Shown: positions 42,294 to 53,715 of the stretch, piece by piece
Position numbering within the stretch: position 1 is the stretch's first letter
Layout: each line of letters begins with the position of its first letter
NCBI GenBank assembly: GCA_016748015.1
Contig: JAAOMT010000518.1
Coordinates: 310,001-374,000, forward strand
From: Geosiphon pyriformis uo1
Taxonomy: Eukaryota; Fungi; Glomeromycota
DNA length: 64,000 nt
Reading direction: 5' to 3'
Translations under genes and position numbers: made by a program
Notes under the pieces: generated by a model
The model's input: the letters and a program-made list of their open reading frames with translations, nothing else
What the model was told of the DNA's origin: nothing
Databases searched by the model: none

Positions 42294-42318
42294 GTCTGTT
42301 TATATTCTTTATTTTTGT

Positions 42319-45300
42319 TCAATTTGATGTATTTGGTTCAATGATTATTATTGGTTCTAGATCTTGTGGAATTTCATCTGGTTGGACTAGTATTCATTGT
42401 ACTTCTAATTGTAGAATATTACTGGTAGATAATAATACTATATGATAATATTGTTTCAATTAATTACTATATGCTGTTTTGGTTAAAATTTTGTTGTTTA
42501 ACCTTAATTTATAAGTTCTATTTCCAAGAATTTCTTCTATGTAAAATAGTTCATCCCATTTGGGGTCAAATTTTTCACTTTATTGTTTTTCCACTTTAGT
42601 ATGATGTAGAAGTACTTTGTCTCCAATCTTGAATTCAACTGGTTTCTCTGATAGTTGGTTATTGTGTCTTTTTTTTTGTCTTTCTTGTGACTTTTAAATG
42701 TTATCAGCTGCTTTTTGTCATGTGTTTTCTAATGTCTCCATTAAGTCATATGTTCTTTTCAACAATGTTCTTTGAAAATTCTCTTCCATTATTGGTTCTA
42801 TTGGATATGTTTTGACTTCTATCTCAATTGGTAATGTTGCTGTTCTACTATATACTAATTTGAATAGTGTTGCTTGTGTAGTGTCTTGTTTCATTGTTCG
42901 ATAAGTAAATAATACTGATGGTATAATCAAGTTCCATTCATCCTGGTTCTCTTTGCTGATTTTGGCAATGGCTTCACACAATGTTCTGTTAAACTTTTCA
43001 ATTAGCCCATTTGTTTGTGGATGGTATGGTGATGATAATATTCTTTTTATCCCAAATCTTTGACTTAATTCTGTTAATATTCTATTTACAAAGTGAGTTT
43101 CTTGATCTGATAACAATTCTTTTGGACATTTGTATTAACAGATCAAGTTTTAATAAACGAATTTGGCAATAGATTCTGCATCTGCTCTTTGAATGGCTTT
43201 TGCTTCTGGCTATTTTGTGAGATAATTCATGACTACTGCAATATATCTGTTGTCTCTGCTGGTGATTGTTAATGGTTTGACTAAGTTAATTCCAATACAA
43301 TTAAATAGTTGTCCCACTTTAATTGGTCTTAATGGTTCACTGGGTTTTGTTCCTTCTCTTTTCTGGCAAGCATCACAATTTTGAACATATTGTATAATGT
43401 CTGGATACATTAATAGTCAATAATATCTTTTTCTGATTTTTTCTATGGTTGCTTCTTTATAAAAATGTTCTGCTGTTAGATCTAAGTACATGTTGAATAA
43501 TATTGTCTCTTTCTCTGGTTCTGTAATTACTCTGGTTAGTTGATCTGAATTTCTTTTGTTTTTCTGATAAAGTATATTTTGATAGTTGATAAAATTTTTT
43601 GATTGTTGTTTTATGTTGTTTTGTTCTTTTTGAGATAATTTTTCCTTGAACAATTGAGTATTTATATAATATTGGAGCTGTTGGTATTTTTGTATATTCA
43701 TTTTTTGTTATATTTTTGGGTTGAAATGTTTTTAGATTTGTCTTATTCATGACAATCTATCGGCATTTCCATTTTCTTTTCCTTTTTTATAATGTACTGT
43801 ATAATTAAATAGTGAAAGTTCTATTTTTCATTTGGCATGGCAATTGTCTCCAAATTTTTGTTTTTGAATTAAAGTTAATCTTTTGTAATTAGTGTATACA
43901 TCAAATTTTTGACTTAAGTATTTTTTCCATTTGATGACAGCCCAATAGATAGTTAAGTATTCTAGTGCTGGAGTTCCATAATTCTTTTTAGCTGAACTTA
44001 AGCTTCTACTGGCATAAGCTACTGGATGCTCTCTTCCATCTGGTCCTCTCTATAATAGTACTATTCTCAATGCTTGACCTGATATATTGGTGGTAATGAT
44101 GAATAGTTTGTTGTAATCTGGATACATTAATACTAGAGCTTGAATAAGCTTTCTTTTTAATATGTCAAAAGCTTCTTGTTGGGCTTCTGTTTATTCATAT
44201 TTCATATTTTTGGTTTGTAAATGATAGAGTGGCTGAGCTAATTTTGAGAAGTCTTTGATAAAGTGGCAATAGTAGTCTGTGAATTCCAAAAATGCTCTTA
44301 GTTCTGTCAAATTGGTTGGTACTGAAAAATTCTTTACTATTGTGATTTTATTTGGATCTGTTTTGATGCTATCTTTGCTTACTACATGTCCCAAAAACTT
44401 GAGTTCTGTTTTTTCAAAGAAGTATTTGGTTGCATTTAGCTTTAATCTGGCTTTTTTTAATCTTTCAAATACTTGTTAAAGATAATGTAGATGATCATCA
44501 AATGTTTTTGAGAACACATTGGTGTTATCCAAATATACAACTACTGATTTCCATAGTAGCCCAGTATAAACAATTTCTATAAGTCACTGAAAAGTGGCTG
44601 GAGTATTCATCAAGCCAAATGGCATTACTTCAAATTCAAAGTTTTTTTCTCAAGTTGTAAAAGCTGTTTTTTCTTTGTCTTCTGGTTTCATGGTTACTTG
44701 TCAGTAACTACTGTCTAAATCTAGTGTCGAGAACCATTTTTTTCTTCAAAAGTGTTGAACAATTCTTGGATCTTTGGAGTTGGGTAGTTATCTCCTTTGA
44801 TTACTCTATTCAGTTTACAGTAATCTATACAGAAGTGAATTTTCCCATTTTTCTTATGAACTAGTACTACTGGTAATAACCATGGGCTCATTGATGGCTA
44901 AATTAGCCTATTGTTAAGCATCTGATTGATTTCTTAATAAATGATCTCATGGCTGGCTGGTGGTATTCTGTATGCTCTTTGTTTAATCAGCATTGCATCT
45001 TCAGTTTTGATTTGATGCTGAATTATGTCAGTTCTGCCAAATTTGTTTTCACTGGTGAAGATGTCATTGAAATTGTTGAGTAGCATCTTGAGTTGCATAT
45101 GTTATAGTGGGTCTAAGTTTCTTAAGTTCATTTGTTTTAATTGTTTTGGTTGGAGCAGATAACATTTTTCTCGTCTGTATATTGTTTGTAATATAATATC
45201 CACATATTCATACAGTTGTGGAAAGTTTGGAATGGGGTTTGGTGGTTGTTCCTCAATTTCAGTGGTTAAGTATCCAATAGTAATTCCTTCTGGTATCTCT

Positions 45301-48300
45301 ATAATGTTTTTCGTGTTGTTGTAAATGGGGATTTTAATGTGACCATGATTCTTGGCTGGTATGTGTAAATTAATTAATCTAATCTCTCTTAATTCACAAA
45401 ATTGTGCTTCTGCTTCAAAAATTTGAACCTGATCCTTCACTTTTCTCTCTATAGTTACCATGTACCAGTTATATAGTGGAATAGAAATTGGTTGATGAAT
45501 GGAAATAATTTTTTCTTTGTCAATAACCTCTTCCTCTGCCATATTAACTGGTACATCTATTCTACCTATGGACCCAAATCTTTGTATCTCTCTTGCTGTT
45601 ATTCCTAATTTTTCTCTGTTTCCCACTAATACTAATTGAGCTACTCTAATCAGAGATAAGAATATTGCCTGTGCTATCTTTTTGTTTGGATCTATAGTAT
45701 AGGCTTTTTCTGAGTCATTTTGTAGCATAGTAATGATATTTTCTATGTATCCTGCATCAATTATTTTTTCTCTAATGTTGATTTCCTTTTTTACTAAGCT
45801 ACTCCTAAATATTAGCTGTACTATTGTTGTTGCTAAAATTTCCAGTGCTATTTTGAGATCAATACAGATGCACAAATGGGATTCTAATTTGATGGGATCT
45901 TTTTCTGGATATCTCAAATTAAACTCTGCATTAGTATTATGCACCTGTTCTGGCATAATACCTTCATCATTATTACTGAACCATTTAAGTTTTTGTTCCT
46001 TGGTAAGATCAAAAAGTGTGATAAATGTTTTGAGATTTAAATTGACATCTGAATCATTATTATTTCTATTGTTATTTTGAGTGGAGCTGAAACCGTTGTT
46101 TTCATTATTATCATTGTTAGAGTTTGAATCAGAATTGAAAATTGATTCCAATTCTGATGCACAGTTGTTGATTGGCTCATCTTCCTTTGGAATTGTGTAG
46201 ATCATGTGTAGTAATAAATTGTAAATGAGATCACATTCATTACAATACTAGAAGTCATATGAAATCAAACAGTGATTACATAATTGAGTGTTTATTTCTT
46301 CCAAGCACTGTTCTTGTTCTTCTCTGGTTGGTGCCAAATTTTGATAGTGCTTATAAAATTCTTTTGGGCCTTTTTCCAGGTCCAGAAAAGCATCTGGGTT
46401 GGAAATCAGAATAATGTTGACTGGTTTCAGAGAGTTGTTCTTGATTTCCAATATTTTGCTGGGCATGGCACTTTCTACTTTGGCATTCACCATTCGCCAA
46501 ATCTTGTTTTTATCATGTGGGTAACCATCCAAATAAAAAATTGCTTGGTGCCAAGTGGCAGTAATAGGCATCCTACAACTTACCCAGTTGCTGATGAGAA
46601 TCATGTATTGGCATAAAGTGTCGTATGTTCCTCCTTATTCAGGAATGTTGTTCCACATTCCTTTGTCAAGTAATTGTTCTCCACAAGCAAGATATGGTTT
46701 GTTGTCCCACTTGCCTTGTTATTTTGAGTAGTCATATCATTTTCGGTGGCACAGCTTGTAGTAATAATGTGTTCATATCCAGTAATCTTTGTTGGACACG
46801 ATCCAAACTTCTATGGAAGAAAGTTTTTTGCCACAATCTTGGCATTTGAGTGGAATATGTGGCAGTTGTTTTAGTAGCTTATGTGACTAGGATCTCTCCC
46901 AACCATTAGTTATTTCTTTGGTTGCTGTGTCTTCTTCTGTTGTGTTCTTTTCCTTACCTTTTCTTTTATCATCCCAGAAAAGTATTAGTAATAGCTTGTT
47001 GTGTTTAGTGTTGGCCCAGAAGACTTGGTATGCTTTTCAGGTAGGTTTTCTTTCTTTTTCTTCTAACTCAATAAGTGGTTTGTCATCAGAAGTGGTTTTA
47101 AAGTAACCATAAGTGGCTGGCATGCATGTGTGGTAGCCATTCTGACTGAGTTGCAGTTCTTGGGTGTTCCAGTCAAGCATAGTATTAGCTTTTGACAGCT
47201 AGTTGTTTTTAACAAGAGCCTGATACTGAGTTGCTTCCATTACCAATACCTTGATCAGTATTATGATGTTGTTGACTTCAAATGGGAAGTTGTCTATTTC
47301 ACCAATCAGAGTTTTGGTTACTCCATTAGCAGTGATTATATGCACACTGGCAGCACAATCAACTTGGCGACCTAATTAGTTTATGAGTTGTCGTGTAATA
47401 ATACTACTAGCTAATTCACTGTCTAAGATCAGTTTAATGTGCTGCCTATCAACTTTAACATCAGTATACATCGCAGTAATGGGTTTTGATTCTAGGGCAG
47501 CTTTACTGAATAGTGATATTTCAACTGGTTCCTTGAATTCAAAAGAGAAGATAGTGGTAAGTGATTTGTCTTCTGTAATGGTTGCTGACGGAATATTGTT
47601 GGTAAGTGAGTTTTAGTTGACTTCTGATTTGTTAGATGTGGCATCTTTTGGGATAATCAGGAGACTTAAATAGTTCTAGAAATTTGGGTTTTGAATGTAC
47701 TCGGTGCCTGAATTCCATTGTCGAGATCTTGATGGTCGCATAGAGGAACTGGGAATCAGTTAATGGACTACTATTGACAATCTTAAGCTTTGTTGTGTCA
47801 GTTTTGGTCTTTGGGTTCTATTTTAAGGTAAGTTCTGTGGCAGTGTTTGAATTTGTTGGGGCTGATAAATTACCTGAGACTGCAAGTGATAAATGGGTTG
47901 GAACTGCAATTGATAAACGACGAGTACTGAGGACTAATAAATTGGTGGTTGATAGATTAGCTGTTGTATTATAGATATGTAACTCAGTTGATATAGTGCT
48001 GTGTTGAGTTAATAATTTGGAGCTTGAAACTGGTAATTGGGGTTTTAATATTGATTTCCCAATCATGAGTTATTATTATAAAATCAGCAGTCGGCTTTAA
48101 TGTGGCCTTGTTTACCACAGTTATGGCAGACATGCATCTCTTGTTGCCATGGCTGATTTGAAGATAAAGATGATGATAGACATGACTGATTTTGGAAATG
48201 ATTCATGTTTCTTGAATTATTGTGTTGTGGTGGTTAATAAATTGCACAATTGTCAGCTAAGTATCTTTCCAATTTCTGATTAATTGAATCACTGAGTTGT

Positions 48301-49750
48301 TTCAATTTGGAATCCAAGTCAGATGATTTATTTATGACTAAGTTAATAGCTTGGACATAGTTTGTTTTAAGTTCTGCTAATTCAAAATCTCTTGCATTGA
48401 TAACTGCATTCTGGAGGATTTGTGAGTGCATTGGACATACGTGTTGGAGAAGACTATTGCGCAGTCCACAGATAAACTGGTTTAAAATCTGTGGTGCTGT
48501 AAAATAGTTAGCTTGGATTGCTTGAATTTGGCACAAGTTCTTGTAAAAGTGTCCAAAGTAAGTGATAACTGTTTTAGTTTCTTCCTGTTTGATTGTAGTG
48601 AAAGTGTTGGCTAGGCAATTAATACTGTCATTATTACTGAAATATTCCAAGAATGCAGTTTTAAATTCCTGGAATGTTTAAGATTTAGCGGCTAAACTTT
48701 GATACCACAAGTTGGTAGTATCCTGTAGAAAATAGAAAATCACTTGAAGGGCTCTGTTGTCATTTCATCTTTATTGGTAAATTTTTCTATTTTGGCAATT
48801 GAAGCATAGACCATTGGTTGTTGTTGTGGTTGCTGCTGGATTTGTTGTTGAGATAGCAGTTGTGGCTGTTGTTGCTGTTCAGCAATTGGTGGAACTAGTG
48901 GTGGATTGATCACAATTACTGAAGGTAAGTATTATTGATTATTAATGTTGGGATTTTGATTGCTCTGGTTTTTCAGGGTTTGATTAACTGGAGTTTTAAT
49001 TTCTGAATTTTCTAGAATCAGGTTTTGTTTGCTAGTTTCCTGATCACTACCCTCTTCTTCCTTGAAGTTGGTTATTTCCCAAAGACTAACAGCTCCGAAA
49101 TCTGATTGTGGTAGTGGTAATCGAATTCCTAATGGCATTGGGGATCATGATTTAAATCCCTCAAAGTAATCGCTATATGTTCCTAGTAATTCTGTTTTCT
49201 TTTGTTTACTTTGGAATAGAATTTTGTTCAATAGTGTGGTCACATTTGTGGTGAACATGTCTGTTGATGTTATATTGATAGTGCTTCCAAGTGTGTAATA
49301 ATATAATAGATTGGCCGGAGAATCAAATCTTTGTTTCTTCCAAGTGGGTAGTTGGATTTGCTTTGGGGTTCCTGCTGGTGTTTGTAGCCTTTCTTTTCTT
49401 TTATCAGCAAACATGATAGAAAAATCTTTGTTTGGTGTATTTTTCAATTTCTCTGTTTATTTCTGTGATTAGTGGTGTGAATAAATAGTTTTATAGAAAA
49501 GTAGTACTTTAGAGTAGTTTACTGAAGAAGTTGTTAAAAGCAAATTCTGGATCTCCTTGGCCTTCTAAATGGTATATGATTCTCTTGTTAATATAGCAAT
49601 TGAAAGCTGATTTTGTTGGCCAACTATTATTTGTTAATCCGAGATGAGTGTGATAATGTTGAAATAAAGATTTTGCAAATCTCAGATGATTTGTTTCTAT
49701 TTTTCAGATTCTGCCACTGTTTGGATTGTTGTTGGTGCTGGTTCTCTGTA
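42319..49750 (-). pseudogene. gag-pol of gypsy 2
   Basis: Gag ~48200-49700; Q/P/Y-rich linker; protease IKLILDS(G>E) near 47420; Cys-rich insert ~46210-46860; dUTPase ~45570-45945; RT/RH ~43780-45000; IN ~42500-43500. Confidence 0.9.
45570..45945 (-). other. dUTPase domain within gypsy pol
   Basis: All five trimeric dUTPase motifs in order: A(G>E)F(D>N)L, RSSL..K(G>E)I, IIDAGY.(G>E)NI, KIAQAIF, R(G>E)..RFGS. Confidence 0.88.
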
Positions 49751-49777
49751 GGATTATACCTCACAAAGAGCATCAAA

Positions 49778-50656
49778 TGTTACAGTCATTGACTTGGGGT
49801 CTCAAATCCAATAACAAATCTGTAACTTGATGCTTGATGGATGTTTTGGTTTATGATTTTATCCAAAGGTTGTTTGTACCTGAAGGTATTGTTATCTAAA
49901 GATTTTAATTGAGTTTTTTGTATAATGGACAAAAATTCAATAGTGTTTATCCACAGCTTTCCAAAACTGCAGTTTTGTCAATTTTTTTTTTCAGCATAAT
50001 GGCCAGTATTCCTTCTGGTAAACTATCCTTAATTGAGTGTTCTACCCTTATTCTTGGGTCTTTTACCAGATACTTTGACGTCAGTACTCCATGCGTTATT
50101 CTCTTTTAATTAATTAGTACACAACAATAAAAATCTCAGAAATGAAATAAAAAAAAGAAAACAAAAGAAAATAAAGAAATTAAGCCAAGACAATTTGCAA
50201 GTTAGTATTCCGTCAATAGCCATGATTAAGAGCTATTGTTTTAGTGTGGTTAAGTATTACTTGTTATTAACATAAAGTGTTGATAGTGAAAAGTGAAATT
50301 AGAGATAGTAAATAATTATTTATTGATAGTTGTAATGTTAGAAGGTTGCTTAAATTAAATTTAAACTGGAAGGTCTGTCTTTTCTACTTTTAACACTACT
50401 GCTATATATACATAATTAAGATTTTTTAATTTCTCAATTCTTCACATCAAAAATCCTGGAATTCTTGGAATTCTGCAATTCCTTTTGAGAAGAATTCTGG
50501 AATTTTGGAATCCTGCAATTTCTTGTATAAGAATCCTGAAATTCCTGGAATCCTGCAATTTCTCTTAAAAAGAATTCTGGAATTTCATATTTACTATGAC
50601 TATTTTTGATTGGCTAATTTATATGCTAATATACTTCCTATATTTTATAAGTAACA
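49778..50656 (-). repeat. 5' LTR of gypsy 2 (U3 with CCAAT box, GGAATYCT repeat array and TATA)
   Basis: TGTTAC...GTAACA; homologous to 39823-40257 plus 41175-41621. Confidence 0.92.
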
Positions 50657-53600
50657 GTGATTTTTAAATGTGGTTTTTTTTGTTGTTGTTGTATTATGTA
50701 ATATATTTTTAAGTGTGTTTATTATTAACATTAAAATAATACTTGATGTATTTAAAAAAGTTATTTATATTGTATTAAAATCTGTTGGCATTTGACAATA
50801 TATAATTGTTTATTTTAAAAATTTGAATACTATTGTATTTGCTTTGATTTATTAATTAATTTTGTTAATTAAAAATAATATTAAGATTTTTTTTTGGTAA
50901 ATTAGAATAAGACTATTCTGTTTTAAGACCAAGTTGGTCAATTTTTTTTTGGTTGTATTGTCTTTAAAATTAATAATATAATTTTTCAGATGATTATTAG
51001 ATTTGTTTTATTTCTTGCTTATCTGATTTTAATTGTTATTTTTATTCTGATCATATTTGGCTTATAAAGTGATTTGAATGTTGTTATTATTAAAACTAGT
51101 ATTTAAAAAAATATTGTATTAAGTAAAAAATTTCTAAATATTTAGATACTAAGACTTAAATTTTTTGGCTGTTAATTATATGTTTCTATCTTTTTTTTAA
51201 AACTCTTAAAGTTTTTGTGCCTTATTTTATTAGTGTCAAATTTTAAGTTAAAGTTACTGCTTTTGTGTTTTTTTTAATTTTTAGTTATCTGATTAATTTT
51301 GTTTTTTTTTAATATAATAATTGATAATTTTATAGTTTTCTTTTGAATAACTTTTTTGAAATCTAATTTGGCCAAGCTTTTTGTATTGGTTAAATTTATT
51401 ATTAAGCCAATTGGTTTTTTGGTTGCTATATTTAAACAGTTTATTAATAGAAATTTGGTTTTAAATAGTGTATTTGGCTTTAGAATCAATAAAATTTTGA
51501 TACATATAAATATCTTTAACAAAGCAATTGATAAGTTAAAACAAAAAATAGTTGTTTTAAAAACTAAATATAATTATAAAAATATTAATATATTTGGTTT
51601 TTATGTAAATTTATTAGCAATTAATAATAATATGTTTTTTAACTTAATGTTTTTATGAAAACATAAGCCTATTAGTATTAAGATTAATATTTTAAAAATA
51701 GTTAAATAACTAGTTAAATTGGTTAATAATAATACTATATTGTTTAAAAAATGTTTTTTTTAAGTAAGTTTTTTTTTAATAATATTAACATAGTATAATT
51801 TGAATTGGCTTAAGTAGCTAGCTATATATAAAAAACATATAAATTGTATTTAATATATTTAGTTTGTATCTAATATCTAAATAATATTAAATCATATTAA
51901 TTAAATACATAATAATAAAAAATTCAATTACTATTTAATATAATATAGTAATTAAATATTTAAATTAGATATAAATTATATATTTACTATATATAATTAG
52001 CTATTTGAGTCAATTAAAACAATATTATATATAATTATGAATTATTAATTAATAAAAAATTATTTTTATAATTTTTATTATTAATTAGCATATATTATTA
52101 TTTTAATTTATTATTTATTATTTTATTAAATTATTAAATATTACTATTTAATTAATAATTTAATTTATATAATATACAAATATAATTAATAATAATAATT
52201 AAATTATATAATATTTTAAAAGAATTTATTAAAATATTAGAAATTAAAAAAAATTTAACAATTAATTAAAATAATTAATAGTTTACAAAAATAATTTGTA
52301 ATTTGTCAGAATTTATTTTTAGTTTACCAAAATATTAAAAAAAAATATAAGATTATAAAATAATATTATAATAAATTATATAAAAAAAACTTTTTTTTTA
52401 AAATTATATATTTTAATTTGGAATTATTTTCTTAATAATTAATTAATTATAAATCTATTTTAAAAACCAAATTTTTTTTATAATTAATATTATTTAAAAT
52501 ATCTAATTTTAATTAAATATTTTAGAATTAATTAATTATTATTTTAGTAATTAATTAATTAATTTCAGATTTAAATTTGTTTAAATAAAAAAAAAGATTT
52601 CTATAAGTTAATAATATTATAATTTTAAAAAATACTTATTATTTTGTTCACAAAATTTTTGGTATTGTTAATTATATTTGTTAAAAAATAAGACTTAAAG
52701 TTAATGTTTTTAATAATAATTTGCTTAAAAATATTATTTGGATTTAAATCTTTTTAGTTTGCTATTTTAACTTATATATAGTCTTTGGTTTTATGAATTT
52801 ATTCACAATTAATTTACATTTTTATTTTATAAAAACTTTACATTAATGTTTATTTGTTGTAGTTTATAAATAATTATATAATAAAAATATTCTAATATTT
52901 TGTGTTTTTATTGCAATAAAATAGAATTGTTTATCTATTTTTTTACATATATAGTAAACTTTAATATTTATTTACATATATTAAATTTGTTTTTTGTATT
53001 ATAATGTTTTATGTTAAGATTAACTTATTAAGTGGTTGGTCACATATAAAAAAAACATGATTTATGCTTAGTTTAGATTACTTATGTTAATGTATTGTAC
53101 TAGGTAGTGTTTGAGCTGTACTTGTTAAATAAATAAATAAAAATTAACTTAATTATTATTATGTATTTTACAGATACTGTTTTTTTATATTTTTAATTAT
53201 ATATTATATATTATATTAAATAAAAAATATTAGTATTTTAAGTTTTTTTTTGTTTTTAAAAATTCCAAAATTGCTGCCAACAAGATTGTAAATTTGTATA
53301 AGATTTAAATATAGCTTATTGTAATAAAATATAATTAGTTTAATTAAAATAAAAAACTTTTATAAAAAAAATAGTTTAATATCTAGTAATAATTTCTCAA
53401 TTTTTATTATTAATAATTTTTTAATACAGTATTTTTTTAGTATTATTAGACTATTGAACATAACTGTTAACTTGAAAATTAGTTTTAAGTTGTATAAATT
53501 ATATTTGTTTTATATAAATTTAAATAATATTGTTTTTATTATAATAGATATAATTTATATTTAGTTTAAATTATTTAGTTTAATATATTGTATTAGCTTG

Positions 53601-53715
53601 TGTTTAAACTTTATTTGTTAAATATAATAATTAAAAAATTAAATAAATTTCTTGTTTTTTAAGATTATTGTTATTTAAATATTTTTTTTATTGGTTAATA
53701 TTATAGCTTGGTTGT

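Larger units (their letters stand above)
39823..50656 (-). mobile_element. Ty3/gypsy LTR retrotransposon 2 (decayed): gag-PR-Cys-rich-dUTPase-RT-RH-IN plus extra ORF
   Basis: LTRs 39823-41621 (split) and 49778-50656 with TGTTAC...GTAACA. PBS 49759-49775; PPT near 41622-41636. TSD GTGG/GTGA. Knuckle CHNCGKQGHIKADC near 48087-48128; YLDNTNVF; SDQETHF..YHPQTNGL. Confidence 0.93.
38870..51920 (+). mobile_element. ORF1-only (HAL1-like) non-LTR element E2 (~2.2 kb), interrupted by gypsy element 2
   Basis: A decayed ORF from ATG 38881 runs to 39822, resumes at 50657 after the TSD with RRM-like ORF1 remnants, and is followed directly by the shared 3' tail at ~51785-51915. There is no room for ORF2. 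Confidence 0.65.

Noticed and set aside
52040-53700. Near-pure AT tracts (also 31410-32370) as a centromere or origin
   Set aside because: They contain residual retroposon tails and are more simply explained as end-stage decayed repeats.
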